This document shows positions 1 through 13,121 of a DNA stretch of 64,000 nucleotides, one piece after another. The notes below the pieces were generated by a model. That model had not been told where the DNA came from and did no database searches. It was given only the letters and a program-made list of their open reading frames with translations. The first letter of the stretch is position 1, and every line of letters starts with the position of its first letter. The translations under genes were made by a program, and so were the position numbers. Source of the stretch: Naegleria gruberi (lineage: Eukaryota); NCBI GenBank assembly GCA_000004985.1, contig GG738880.1; one strand, 5' to 3'.

Positions 1-162
1 AACATTGGTGAGGAAGCTTCCAAAGCTGTGGAAAATAGTGAATTTTTGAAAAATCTTGTCAATCTCGATATGAGATACAATGAAATGGATATGAAACGAA
101 ATAGAAATGTTCCACCAAGTTACAGAAGGCCATACGATGATTCCACATGTATCATTTCTTAA
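1..162 (+). CDS. 3' end (C-terminal ~53 codons, partial) of a gene that starts upstream of the window; product unknown
   Basis: Frame 1 is open from base 1 to a TAA at 160-162 (NIGEEASKAVENSEFLKNLVNLDMRYNEMDMKRNRNVPPSYRRPYDDSTCIIS*). The codon usage looks coding and an AT-rich spacer follows. I do not recognise a domain. Confidence 0.3.
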   Translation, partial: NIGEEASKAVENSEFLKNLVNLDMRYNEMDMKRNRNVPPSYRRPYDDSTCIIS

Positions 163-684
163 CAGTTGTTTATCACTTTTTAAAGTAAATTAAATACTTT
201 AACAATAGACTCTGTGGAAAAATAAAGCCAAGATTAAGAAATTGAATATAGCCGTTCTGTAGTACTCTCGTACCTCTCCAATTTATTCATGTTTTTTCCA
301 TGTTTGATCATTGTATGTCTTAATGAATACTTTACCCATTCCGAATCTTCATTTCCTTAATCCAGTGATTAGCCCCATTACAGTGCATAAGAAATATAAA
401 AACCATGGAATTTTCAATGTGATGGAAGTTCAAATTGGTAAACTTTTCGCATTCCAACAGAACAACGTTGGAGCAGGCCAAACAAGATTTGTTTAGATCC
501 TTCACACACCTCTAGTAGTGGTAGAGTATGGAAGCACACAAACTTGATTGGTGAACATTTAAACATATAAAAAAACCGTTCAACAACAAGAACGCAAAAT
601 CGGTTGTGTTCATCATTTTTCTAGTGATTCGACTGCAACAACAGCTACAACCTTAATAGCGTATTTTAAAGCTATTTAAAAAGA

Positions 685-3600
685 ATGAGTGAAGCTCACA
701 CAGACAGTGCGGAGTCATCAACAACCACCAGTTTTTCATTTGCCACTCAAGTAAAAGAGAGGTTTGGAGAATGGATTGTTGTATTGAGGAATTCCAAAGC
801 GATTGATAGTAACAAGTGGAGGATTTTTCACACCCTCACCGAATTGTATATATTATATTGTGCTCTATTCATTCCAACGATGAGAAATTACGGTTATGGA
901 GAGTATGGACAGATCATGTTTAGTATCGTGGATTTTCCAATGCATTTTTTCTTACATTGGATTCAATATGAAGAAAGTTTCATAGTGAGTGGATTATTTG
1001 TGGGATTTTTAGTGTTGGCCTATGGTTTGCTGTTTGTTACCACATGGGCCTTCTCGAAAGGGAAACCTTTTAGGAAAAATCTTAGATCTCCCCTCATTAT
1101 CATCATGTACCTTTGTAGAATGTTATTTCCTCTCTTTATTCATCAAGTGATTGGATACATGGATTGTAGTTTGACTCACACTGTGCCCTACACGAGTAAG
1201 AACACTCTGAATCGATATTCAACGATAGCATGTTCAGAATCTCCGAATAGTATTCTTATTGGCCTGTCAGTGACCTTTCTCTTCTTCCTTCTGATATTTG
1301 TTATTGTATCAGAGATGATTTGCTCCGATATGCATCCAATGAGTAGACACATCTTTACACACGATAACTATTGGACCATGGTACTGCTGAGAGTGTGCTC
1401 ATTCATGAGCGTTCTCATCATGTTCTTAATCCCTATAGAATATCCCTATATATCATCAATTGTGAATATGGCTCTATCACTAATTGCTCTCATCATTCTC
1501 TTCAAGACACTTCCCTTCTACCGATCTATAAGCAGCTCTATTGTATTCGGTGTTTATTGTGGAGCACTTACAAGTTCATGTGGAACCTTAATAACCTTCT
1601 TCATCACCTCGCTCGCCTTAAACACTCCCAACACTTCATCTCCTCTCTTTAAGGAAGTTAGCGCGGGTCTTTCAGGGTTTATCGTTATTTTAGCAGTTTT
1701 GGGATTTTTGGGAGGTTTATCTTTTTTGGAATTATATCAGCGACAATTAAGAAAGACCATATTAAGGGAGGTGTTAAAGATGCGTTCTGTTTATAGACAA
1801 ATACTACCTGAGGAGAGTAATACAGTACTCTCACCTAATGCAGCTGCCACAGGTAGAGAGAATAATTTTCTTACTGTTCATCGTACTCCTGTGAAGAGAT
1901 TGTCAATTGATATACAATCGAGTTATACGACAGCTGATTCGGCTTATCAGCAATTTATGTTAAATGCTAGAGCTAGTGTGAAACAGTATAAGAAGGGATT
2001 GTTGTTATTATTGAGATCTGATTTGGTGGAAACTTCTAATACAACGAAAGATTTGAATGGAGAAACAGTTCAAATTCATGAAATTACAATGAGATTATGT
2101 AAGAATATTTTACAGAGAGGATTTGGAGATCGTCAAGTCATGGAAACTGTGGCAATGTTGTTCGCTTACAGACACATTTGCACTTCATCAAGTTTAACTG
2201 TAGCCGTCGAATTGTTACTCAAAAGTCAAAAATATTCAAACCTTCTTACTCACAATTTCTCATCGATCAAAATTACTGAAATTCAAAGCTTGGAAGAAGC
2301 TCNNNNNNNNNNNNNNNNNNNNNNNNNNNNNNNNNNNNNNNNNNNNNNNNNNCAGTTTGAGGAATATTATCAATAAGATAAGTGAGTTGACAATGGAGAG
2401 TGAACAAGTCTTTAAACAACTCCTATCGAGAAAGACAAAGAAAATACTAAGTTTGTACGCTTCATTTGTGGAAATTGTGTATTTTGATAAGGAAGGAGCT
2501 CATGCATTGTACTTGGAAGCCAATGCAATGGAAGAGCAGAAACCAGTCAAACTGCAAAAATACAAGACATCGAGAATTATGCCACAACCAATGTCAAAAG
2601 ATGACAACTTGTCAGAACAAGGTTCATTTCAAAAGAGAGCTAGTTTCTTTTCAGATGCTGAATTTGCTCACCAACAATTATTGGATGATGTATTGGAGGA
2701 AAGTGCAAGTGTTGCTGGCGCAGGAGGCGAACTCAAAAAGGATTACCTATTTAGGAATGCTTTGAAAACTTTAAAATCAAATACGGCAACTAAAATTTTC
2801 TATGCCATATTCTTATTACTGGGAGGATTTATAATTTTGGGCTCGATTGGTTTGTCCACTTATCAAGGGGCCATTATTAAGAAAAATATTGTAAATTTGA
2901 GATTAATTTGTGTTCCACAAATTTCACCAATTTCCACAATTAGAAATTTGAGAGCTTTCCAAAATTGGGTGAATATGTTTGTGTTGAATGAATATAGTTG
3001 GCCAGAACAAAGACATGGATTTTTAAATGAGTATATAACAGTAAGTTTTGCTTTAAAGAACCATTTCACATGAACTATTTATAGGCATATGTTGATGATC
3101 ATCGTCGAGTATTGGAACAGGACATTTCAGTATTGGAAGACTTGGTAAAATTAGGTCAATTGGTAGCGTTTGATGCATCTACCTATACAGCATATGGAAA
3201 ATCACAATATTCCTTCAGGGTTCCAAGTGTTAATGGAACTGATTCTTGGTCAAAATTACAATTTACTGGAATTCCAGAAAATAGAACACTGTCGATAATT
3301 GAAATGACTAATTCCTTATTGCAATATATGGATGAAATCAAAACTGTTCTTCCATTCAACGATTTGAATGCATTCTTCAATACAACCAATCAAACTGCCC
3401 GACATCAAATTCAAGAACGTTTATTGAACTCTACACTTCTCAATCCAGTTAATGATTTCAGTTTCATGTTACTATGGATTAATATGAAATCAAGTTCTTT
3501 ACAATACAAGGAATTCTGCTCCAATTTCATGAAGAAGAGCAATATTCAAGCCAATGACATGATTTACCAATTCGAATATTTTTTCATTGGAACATTATGC

Positions 3601-6004
3601 TTTTACATCATTATCGGTTTACTTTTCTCGTTATTCCTTCAATACGAGCTCACTTTCATCTCGAGACTGATTAAAGTATACGACAAGCAAATTGGCAAGG
3701 ATTTGATTGGAAGGGTTTATCAAACCCTTTCTACCAAAACTGATACAGAAGCCTCCCTAAGAATGTCCATATTTTCTCGAATGATGAGAGGAAATGTCTC
3801 TGTCATTGTGTTGGTAATTGCAATTTCACTTGTCATTCCATTGTGTGTTGGTTTAATGTTTTATGAGAGCAGGGCAACTATTAAGAGTGCAATGTTTACG
3901 TATACGAATGTTGCCCTTTCTTCTGAATGTTTGCAAAATTTACAAATGTCATCATTTTTCTTGACAGAGTTATTAACATACTATGGTCTTCCAATATTGA
4001 GCTATAATTCCATTTCCGTGAAAGGAAAAAATGTTAAATATGGACATCCATACTTTAACAAATATGATTTTGTTGGAATGTATGCAGAAATCAGAAAACA
4101 AGCAGATAGTCTAGGTGCAGAATGGTCTGAATTAATTTATGGTGATGTAACAAAGCCTGACGATGATCCTGTCATTGGTTTATATCCAGTTTTGGATGCC
4201 CTTCTGGTAGATGTCAATAATTGCAGTCTTTACTTGGCCCAACGTAGTTTGGAAGAAACTTATGAAAACTATTTGGAGTATTGTGCTGGAATTGAAAAGA
4301 TTGTGACGTTATATTTGACAAAAACGACACAAGTTAGTGAGTTGACCAGAGATCATTATATTCAGCAAATGAAAGACCCATCAAAATTGATAGATCCTTT
4401 GGAGTTATATTTGCAACACAATGACTTGTTTAGAATGTCTATTCCATTGACTAAAAAGTTGCAAGTTTACATGCAAGAGTTTGTAAGAGTTTCATCTGAA
4501 CTTTCGTTTGGATTCTTGATCGGTTTTAGCATTTTTGGATTCTTATGTATTGGAGTATTAGGTTATTTACTCTTCAGCGTAATGAATAATAATTGGGATT
4601 CCCTTCAAAAGACCAGAATGATGCTCAATTACATTGCCCTGGATTACATTGATAGAAATGAAGTTTTACGAAACCTAGTTCTCTATCATAGTTATCCTAA
4701 TGTCATTCTCGACAAGATTAGCCACAAGACAAGCAAACAAGAAGATCGTCTTAGTATTTCCAGCTTTACCGAAATGATCAACAAACACATTGATGGAACA
4801 ATTCTCATAGACGAATCTGGTTACATTGATGCAATGAACAATGCAGCTCACAGATTATTTGGCTCGAAATCTTCTGACTTTCTTGGAGCTCAGTTCTACA
4901 AGCTATTCGAAGAAAAATGTTTGGAAATGGTAAAGAAGGCATTCTGTTCTATAATGGACGCAGCAAAGAAAGCATCCGAAAGTGCAGAAAATCGAAGCAT
5001 GGTTGAAACTTTGGAAGTTGATTGTCTCAGATTGAATCAAACCAAGTTTCCTTCCAAGATTTCCTTCTTCTCCATGAATATGTCTGAAAAGGGACTAATC
5101 ATTGTCTGTACCATTAAGGATATCACTTCGGAGACTAAACAAAAATCACTCCTTGAAGAGGAGAAGAAAAACTCTGAAAATCTATTGAAGAACATTCTCC
5201 CAGAAGGAGTAGCAGCCAGATTAAAGAAGGGTGAGACGTTCATTGCAGAGAAACTCAATGACATTACATGTTTCTTCTCAGACATGGTTGGATTTACAAA
5301 AATCTCAAGTAACATGCAAGCTACTGATCTTGTGCAAATGTTGAATTTTGTGGTGAACGGTTTCGACAAGTTGACTGAAAAGTATGAGTTGGAAAAGATT
5401 AAAACCATTGGTGATGCCTATTTTGTGACTGGTGGTTTGAATGGTTGCTCTGACCATCCTGAAAATATGTTGAAATTCGCCATTGAGACATTTGACGTGA
5501 TTAAGGAATTTAATCTGAGTGGAAATTTGAAAGAAGGTGTATATTTGAATATTAGAATTGGTATAAATACTGGTGCATGTGTGGCTGGTGTAATTGGTGT
5601 AAGTATTCTAGTTTACAATATTTTAAATAATATTTAAATATTTAAAATTATGAAAGATTAAAAAATTTGCCTATGATCTATGGGGTGATACCATCAATAC
5701 AGCCTCTCGTATGGAATCAACAGGTGTTCCAGGAAGAATTCAAATTTCCAGAACAACCTATGAACGAGTTTATGATTTGGGTTTCGAATTTGAAGAACGA
5801 CAAGTTGAAGTGAAAGGAAAAGGTCAAATGCAAGCATATCTAGTTAATGCCAAACATCATACAAATCCACTTATTGAATTGGTATCTACTGCAATGATTG
5901 ATGAAGAAGATGATGATCTTTCTATTGCAAGAATTCTTCACAGCTCGACTAATACAGCACCAGAGGAAATTCAACAAGAAACCTCTCCAACTCCAACTCA
6001 ATAA
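685..6004 (+). CDS. Very large polytopic membrane protein ending in a class III nucleotidyl cyclase domain, with adenylyl-cyclase-type specificity residues, preceded by a PAS-like domain. Proposed exons: 685..(gap)..3040, 3085..5598, 5657..6004.
   Basis: ORFs 685-2376, 2357-3073, 3112-5637 and 5711-6004 are joined by GTAAGT...AG introns at 3041-3084 and 5599-5656, and the frames match across both. There are two clusters of hydrophobic helices (about 700-1650 and 2790-4600). A PAS-like segment reads ILIDESGYIDAMNNAAHRLFG...IIVCTIKDITSE. The cyclase motifs are FSDMVGFT, KIKTIGDAYFVTGG and GACVAGVIG|IKKFAYDLWGDTINTASRMESTG, the last split by the second intron. The N gap at 2303-2352 lies inside the coding region, so the true length and frame across the gap are unknown. 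Confidence 0.7.
2303..2352. other. Assembly gap (run of 50 N)
   Basis: A literal run of n characters. It sits inside the first exon of the cyclase gene. Confidence 0.99.
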
Positions 6005-6106
6005 ATCATTTCATTCTTGTCTCTATCCAAATATCAATAATATTTAAATAAATTAAATTGAATATTATTATACAAATATTATAGTACACTCTATGAAGGT
6101 TTCATA

Positions 6107-8604
6107 TTAAACATATAATTGTGCTGGAGGTTTAAATGATAATGTTTTACCAACAGGGAGGATGGAATCACTAGTGCCTACTCTTAATTTGTAATTTGTG
6201 GTTTGAGAGTTAACACTTGGTCCATTCAGAATATTGATTGTAGCAATTGTTCCATCAAATGTTAAATCGAACGATCCTCCTAAATAATTCACTCCTCTCA
6301 TCTTGATAAATTTGGCACCCAAAAGAGATACATCTTTTGGAGCTAGCAACATATAGTTGTCATACATTTTCAATCCACCATAGCCATTCTGAATACTTTG
6401 AATAAATCCTCCTGCTCCTGTCAAAAAGTTGAAAGACCCCATATCAAGGAAATGTTTGTAAGGATCAGATGTTTCTGAAATGATATTAAATCTATCATAA
6501 TATTCGTCAATTAATTAGTTGTATAAGATATTGAGAAACTTACGGAGGGTGAATATTTAACAATGATCTCTTAAATGCTTCTGCAGCCAATGTGAAATTG
6601 TTCAAATCCAAATAAGTAATAGTGTGCATAGAATAAGTCATGGCTGGTCCTTCACTCCACATTATCTTGTCATAATATCTAATGTCATTATATCTTATTT
6701 GTGTTGGCATTTCGTACATGAGAGGATAGCCCAATAATACCACATCAGCTTGTTTTACATATTCACCAAAGTAAAAGTTACCTCTTGGGAAACTTGCATA
6801 TTCTGGATGAATTTGGTTGACAGAATCAAATAGAATAGTCATATTTCCAGCAATATAGTTCCACTCTGGAGTGATAGATTTTCCTAAAACAGAAGCTGCC
6901 TTGTTTCCAAATCTGAGAGCAATTTGGGCAACAGCATTTGTGAAAACTTCATTGTCAACACCGGAATACAATGGAAAACCAATACCAAACTCATCTGGGC
7001 CAACAACCTTATTTATATCATAGTGAACTCCATCAACGTTCTTTGTTACTCTGCTAGCCCAGAACTTGGCAATCTCAGAAGCCATTGGATAACCAATTGA
7101 ATTCAACCACTTGGTATCCTTAGTCAATTGCCAGAATAATTGTAAAGCAAATGAAACATCTCCAGTAACATGTTGTTCCAATTCATTAAATAGGGCTATC
7201 AGGTCAACCTCCCTACCAGAAAATCCAGTCTGGAATGGATACATTGCTCCCTTATAGCCATACTTTTTGGCATGGGATTTGGCCTGCTCCAATCGATCGA
7301 AACGATACTGAATGAGCCCTTTAGCAAGCTCTGGATGCAAGTAAGCCAGTGATGGTAAAACGAAACACTCTTGATCCCAGAAAATCAACCCATTATAAGA
7401 ATCGGTAGCAACTCCTCCTGGTGAAACACCCCAATGATAATCCTCTCTGGTACTACTCAACAAGTAGTACAAGGTACTATTAATCTTGGCTGCAAGTTCA
7501 ACATTTCCACCCAATTCAATACCACTCTTCCATAATTCTGCCCAAGCTGCAACATGCGATGAATAAAGCGACTGTTGATTGATAGTGATACCCTTGATAA
7601 AGTCAATGGATGCATCACCCAATGGATCATCTGAATCGATACTGGTTCTAATGGCAGTGAGGTAGGTAAAAGTTGTTTCAGTATTTGCAGATACTTGAAT
7701 ACTGGATGGGAATTGAGATGTAACCACAGCTACTGTAACTCTTTCAGATTCAGGTGTTTCCAAACTTGTGAGTTGACCAACATGACATTTTGTGTTGAAA
7801 TTATTGGTATGAGTACATTCCACTTGTTTGAAAGAAATATCAGCAGAAGCAGGACTATCCAAATTATTAATATTAATAGTAATTGGGAAAGAATTTGAAT
7901 TGGAAACCTCAATTTGATGAACCAACAATGATCTGTACACTCTATGAGCATAATAACGTTGCTCAATTTGTGCATTTGATAAATTAAATCCTCTCAAATA
8001 GACAGCTCTCTCAATATCCAATCCAACTCCAAATTGCTGTAAATTTGGAGAACTCAATTTCACTTTTTGAGTGGCAGGTATTCTAGCTCTAGTACTGTGA
8101 AATCCAATTAATTTCTCAATCACTACATATTTTCCCACATACACTCCACCAACATAGATATTATCAGAATCCACAACAGTTCCCAAATAGCCATTAGAAA
8201 TTGATGGCATAAAATTCTTATCTATACTCCATCAATTCAAATCAATCAATTCATATATTAATTTTTGAATTTTGATAAAGTGTACAATTCCATATAATAT
8301 TCATATAATTTTCAAATATTCATATATATTTAAATCATTAATTAATAGAAATAAAGAACAAAACAATTATATTGTGAATTACAAGACACGTGATACATAC
8401 CTGAAGGCTCATTAGGAACAGCCAATAATTGTCCCTCAGCAATACGATCATTCCAATTCTTATTATTATTATTACTAAATATCAAAGGCTTGTGCTGATG
8501 AAGATGTTGTTGTAGTTCGGCATTGGCAAATAAATATAAATTCACGGAGGATGAAAACATTATCATCATCATCATCATCACTCCATATATCATCATCATT
8601 CGCA

Positions 8605-8635
<31 letters not shown>

Positions 8636-8692
8636 TAAATAATTGATTTGGTGTAATTTCCTCTTCATCATCATTTTCTTACTATAATACAA
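6107..8692 (-). CDS. Secreted glycoside hydrolase family 65 protein (acid-trehalase-like / PGGHG-like). Proposed exons: about 8692 (or 8605)..8401, 8222..6540, about 6490..6107.
   Basis: The main ORF 6540-8210 carries a GH65 catalytic-domain signature (NGLIFWDQECFVLPSLAYLHPELA...YGYKGAMYPFQTGFSGRE), with Glu in FWDQE as the candidate general acid. The C-terminal beta-sandwich continues in ORF 6107-6442 across a GTAAGT donor that overlaps the apparent stop at 6540. An upstream exon ending at 8401 has a Met-rich signal-peptide-like N-terminus (MRMMMIYGVMMMMMIMFSSSVNLYLFANA) and joins through an intron to 8222, giving ...NEPSDKNFMPSISNGYL. Which Met is the true start, and the exact 3' acceptor (6490 or 6469), are uncertain. 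Confidence 0.65.
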
Positions 8693-9250
8693 TAAATATA
8701 TACAAAATTAATTATTATTAATAATTATTAATAATTAACAAGAAGGGACAACAATGAAAGCAATTTTTTGATCATAACAAATCCATTATTTGAACAATCA
8801 ATTCTTGTGGCTAAATATTGTGTTGCATATCCGAACATCATGATGATGATGCAATGAATCTTCAATGAATTGGATACTTTTAAATCCTTTCGAAAAACGA
8901 CAAATCAAATAAACTTCCTGAATAGAACCATCGTGTAGTGTGTATTATCATTATCTGAAGCTCTCTAAATCTTTTGGATTTATATTCGAATAGTTTTGTT
9001 GTTAGTGTTGTTATCTATTCGAAAGTGGGCTATTCGGGACAAGTTCAAGGTTACTAGAAGATGCCTTTGGAAACACTTGCATTACCCAATGTCTCATCAA
9101 TGAAGATTCGTTCTCGCTTGTTCTCTCTATTCGTGTTGTTGTCAATTGTCATCAATTCGAATAATAATTAAAAAAAGTTCTACTACATTCAATAGAGAGA
9201 GAGGAGCTCAAATTTTCTTTGTGTCTTGGAAACATCATTAATATATCATT

Positions 9251-11317
9251 ATGGGAAAGACAGGAAGAAATAGAAAAGTAAGTTTTTACTTTCGAATAAT
9301 TTTCTAATTTTATTAGATTTCGTTTTATTCACTACAAGCGAGTGCCAATGCCAAATACGAATGGTTCTGGAAGCAAGGAGGTAGAATTAAAAGTTGGAAG
9401 AAACGTCTCTTTGTCATTCACGATCATACTTTATTTTACTTTTCCTCCGAAGAAGATACTGAACCGAAAGGAGCCATTGTTTTAAAAGGAGCTAGTGTTG
9501 AATTGACCAATTCTGGGGATACCATAAAGAATGGTAAGAAACCACCTTCAGAAAATGGACAAAATTTGGATTATTGTTCTGTTGTGGTAAAGACACCATT
9601 CAGATCTTATTGGTTATTGAATAGTGAGGAAAAGATTGTGAGAGAGTGGGTTGACTATTTGAATTTGGTTATAAAGGAGGGTCAAATTCAAGTAATGGAT
9701 CAAAATACTTCAAATCAAACATCTAAAAAGATGGGTTGGTTGATTAAATCAGGTGGAAAATTGAAGAATTCATGGAAACAAAGATTTTTCGTTTTGAGGA
9801 ATGACATGTTGTACTATTACAAACCAAAATCTGATCCAAATGAAAAGGATAGTGGAAGAGATCCATCAGATAGTAATATTTTGACAAGTACTCAGATTGT
9901 TAACATTTCAGATTTGGATTTTAAATTGCAAAATATGATTGCACAAGGAGTAGTGACATTTTATAATGCAACTACGAGATTTAAACAAAATCAAGCTAAA
10001 AAGAAGAAAAAGACAAAGAATGCTGAAGATTTATTGATGGAAATTGAAGAATCGAGTAAGAGAGATCGTTCCAGATCTGTCAGTTCCAGAATTAGTATAT
10101 CAGATCAGAGAAGATTCTCACTCACGAATACTTTTACTGCTCTTTCAGGTGCTTCTGGTTTTATCATTCCTCAAGAGCCATTTGATAATGATTTCCAAAA
10201 ATCGTGGTTTCCATTCGAAATTCAAAATGCCAATCGTACCTATGCAATTTATGCCAAAACTCAAGATGATTGTGATGAATGGTTAATGTTTATTTTCGAA
10301 AGTATTTTGAATGTAATGGGAGAAATGGCTCACTTTATCAAAATTGGAAATTCTGGAAAGTTTGGAGATGCTGATGAGGATACAGATTCTACTCCAGAGC
10401 CATCCCCAGCAGACAGTTCAATTTTGAGTGAATCAAGAAAGAGTTTACCAAGTGTTGAATCCTTCCTGAGTAGGGAGAGTTCTGCTGTTTCAGAAATAGA
10501 GGATACTCAAAACATGACACCTCAACCAATATCTGTCATATCGGAAACTTTATTTGATGAACTTCAAAGAAGAAAAGCTGATGAAAGGCTAATTAGCTCT
10601 CTTAGAAAATCCAAGAAGAGAGATTCTGTCACTTTTAAAGGTTCTTTCAGTGAGAAATTTACTTTCATTTCTAGTGAACAAGCACTGTTGGCAGAGATGG
10701 TTCCAATCAGATTCTACCTCTACAATGGTATTTATACTGAATTGCAAACACTTGCTATTGACCAACCTTTGGAAATTAGAGGTTCTTCATTAGAGAATTG
10801 TGTAATTGAAATGCACAGCTCTAAATATTGTGAACCAATGATCAAGATTAATAGTGAAAATGTGAGATTTAAGAATGTCACTTTGAAACTCGTCTCTCAA
10901 CTCTCGAATGAACAAATTGAAATGCAAAACAGATATAATAATTCACATCAATCTGGAAAGAACAAACACTCGCCAAAGGATAACAGAACACCTTGTGTAA
11001 TATTCATTGAGAATGGAAGTTTATTAATGGAGGGATGCTCAATTATTTATGAAGACAAGACTGATCCAGAAGTTTATGTGGAAAATGAATATTCTCAAGG
11101 AGGTTCTTGTTGTGTATTTGCAACCAATAATTCTAATTGTGTGACTTTGGATTGCTCCTTAAATAATGCTCATTATGGTATTGTTACGAGTGGCAATGCT
11201 AGTGCTGTTTGTTTTGGAGGAAATATTAAATCAAAACTTGGACCATTCCTCAATTTGGATGAAACATCTAGCTCGAGAAATTACAATGTCACAATTTCTG
11301 CCTCAAAACATAAATAA
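9251..11317 (+). CDS. PH domain-containing protein with a C-terminal Cys/Asn-rich repeat region. Proposed exons: 9251..9277, 9317..11317.
   Basis: The ATG at 9251 (MGKTGRNRK) is followed by a 39-nt GTAAGT...TTATTAG intron. Exon 2 begins ISFYSLQASANAKYEWFWKQGGRIKSWKKRLFVIHDHTLFYFSSEEDTEPKGAIVLKGASVEL, which is a canonical PH-domain start. A second PH-like C-terminal half reads WFPFEIQNANRTYAIYAKTQDDCDEWLMFI. The 604-codon ORF 9503-11317 is in the same frame. Confidence 0.65.
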
Positions 11318-11360
11318 ATATTCTAATTGAAATATCTAATTGTTGTTATTATTTACAGTT

Positions 11361-13121
11361 TTATTGAATTAGGGCGAGAGTGGCATCTCTCATTTCATAG
11401 TACCAAGTCATTCTTCTTTCAGCATAGTTGAGATAGTCGAAATCAATCTTGGAAAACATGGATTGAAGCATACTCCAAACAGACCAATGCAAATTACTGA
11501 CCATAGACATGACAAGAGCTTGTCTTCTACTCTTTTCAATTAATTCTTCTGTAACATTTTCACAATCAGAGTAGTAAGTCTTGAAAAAGTTAATTTGCTC
11601 ATCATATGTTGGGTAAGCTTCAGGTAAAATACACAATCCACCAAATTCACAAAAGAAATTTCCAATATCAAAGGCAGCATAATTGTAAGCACAATATTCA
11701 AAATCAATTGTGTGGTAGGAGGACTCTTTCTCATTGAGAATAATATTGTGAGCGCCGAGGTCGTTGTGACAGAATTTAACTGGAAAATCCTTGCACAAAG
11801 ATTCAATAAGTTTCACTTCTTCCTCAATCTTGTCCATATTGAGAGGTGAATTTGGTGATAGCTTGTCTCCTCCTCTCTTGTTAAACTCGTCTCTATTGTG
11901 CTTCAAGAGAGCTAACCAACGGAAAGTTCTCTCGAAAATCACAGGTCTAGCTTGCAAGTCATGATAATGAGTCTCCTCTGCAAATGGTTTAACAGTAATA
12001 GAGTGAATACTCTTCATGAGTTTTGCAATTTCAATATAGTGCTTTCTGGCACCTCCTAGCTCATCTAAACCTCCACCCTCATAGTACTTGTAGATCATTC
12101 CATTCTCAAAGGTGGCATAAATTCTAGGGGCAAGATCGTTATAGAGTGTTGAAATTTGTTGAATATAGTGGAATTCAGCTTTACGATCAATCAAATTCTC
12201 TGAATTTTCACCAAAGCAACGAACTAGAACCTTTTGTGGATAATCCAAAGAACTCTTATCATGTTCTCTATGTACAAATTTTACAAGAAAGAGTCTGTTG
12301 GTTGTTCCACCGGTTAATTGTTTAACATGAATGTAATTCTTCAAAACATTCTTTAAAAAGTTCTTTTGTTTCGTCTTTTCATTCAATCCAGCCATATCAT
12401 TTTCATGATGTGAGATTCCATCTTCACCACTCGGAAACAAGGTAGGAGAATCCAAAGAATTAGTATCATCCAAATTGTTATTTGATGATGTAATACTTGA
12501 TGTCATTGCAGCATCGGAGAAGGATTCGGTTGAGGTGACATCATATTCATCAATTGGTGTTGCTTCACCTCCATTATTCAATTTAACATCCAAGTGATGG
12601 ATAGGAATTAAAGTTGTGTGATGAGAGAAATGTTCTTCAACAGCTGTTTCCTCACCAATAACTTTATCCTCAAGTTCCAAACTCTCCGATGATATAACTC
12701 TCTCCATTGATTCTGAAGATTCTACAATAGCCTCTTCTCCTGGAATGATTGAACTTTTCTTGATTGTAATATTCAATTGTTTTTCAATTCTTCCAATTTG
12801 TTGTTGTTGTTCATTATTTGTTTCTGCTAATTGTACAAAATGTTCAGGGAATGCCTTGATCATAAGTTGAGCAATCTTGAATTGAATTAATTCTTCCTCC
12901 GCCTCAACATCTTCTCCTTTACCAATAGGAATATAAAAATTATCAAATCTTGGTGTCTCATCCCTATCTATCAAACTTTCTTGATCGCAATTATGCTGAT
13001 GATGTTGACAATGGCTCGAAACAATTGCTTCTTCCTCCGATGATGATGATAAGGATGATACTACCGATGATGGCAATTGGCTGCTCGGATTTGCAAAATT
13101 CGTTGATTCTTGTTGATGCAT
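11361..13121 (-). CDS. Choline/ethanolamine kinase
   Basis: A single 586-codon ORF. Its C-terminal half contains the Brenner phosphotransferase motif (KFCHNDLGAHNIILNE) and the choline-kinase motif (HTIDFEYCAYNYAAFDIGNFFCEF). The N-terminus is long, acidic and low-complexity. Confidence 0.75.
   Translation of the reverse strand: MHQQESTNFANPSSQLPSSVVSSLSSSSEEEAIVSSHCQHHQHNCDQESLIDRDETPRFDNFYIPIGKGEDVEAEEELIQFKIAQLMIKAFPEHFVQLAETNNEQQQQIGRIEKQLNITIKKSSIIPGEEAIVESSESMERVISSESLELEDKVIGEETAVEEHFSHHTTLIPIHHLDVKLNNGGEATPIDEYDVTSTESFSDAAMTSSITSSNNNLDDTNSLDSPTLFPSGEDGISHHENDMAGLNEKTKQKNFLKNVLKNYIHVKQLTGGTTNRLFLVKFVHREHDKSSLDYPQKVLVRCFGENSENLIDRKAEFHYIQQISTLYNDLAPRIYATFENGMIYKYYEGGGLDELGGARKHYIEIAKLMKSIHSITVKPFAEETHYHDLQARPVIFERTFRWLALLKHNRDEFNKRGGDKLSPNSPLNMDKIEEEVKLIESLCKDFPVKFCHNDLGAHNIILNEKESSYHTIDFEYCAYNYAAFDIGNFFCEFGGLCILPEAYPTYDEQINFFKTYYSDCENVTEELIEKSRRQALVMSMVSNLHWSVWSMLQSMFSKIDFDYLNYAERRMTWYYEMRDATLALIQ

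Noticed and set aside
8565-8600. (CAT)n/(ATG)n trinucleotide runs encoding poly-Met at the GH65 N-terminus and at 19629-19643
   Set aside because: These are simple coding microsatellites of the kind common in dictyostelid-like genomes. I do not treat them as independent features, and it is unclear which Met is the true initiator.
8993-9001. TTCGAA-containing sites examined as possible tRNA T-loop fragments (GTTCGAATC-like)
   Set aside because: None is embedded in a sequence with an acceptor stem, D-loop or anticodon arm. They are treated as part of the over-represented-word observation. No tRNA gene is present in the window.
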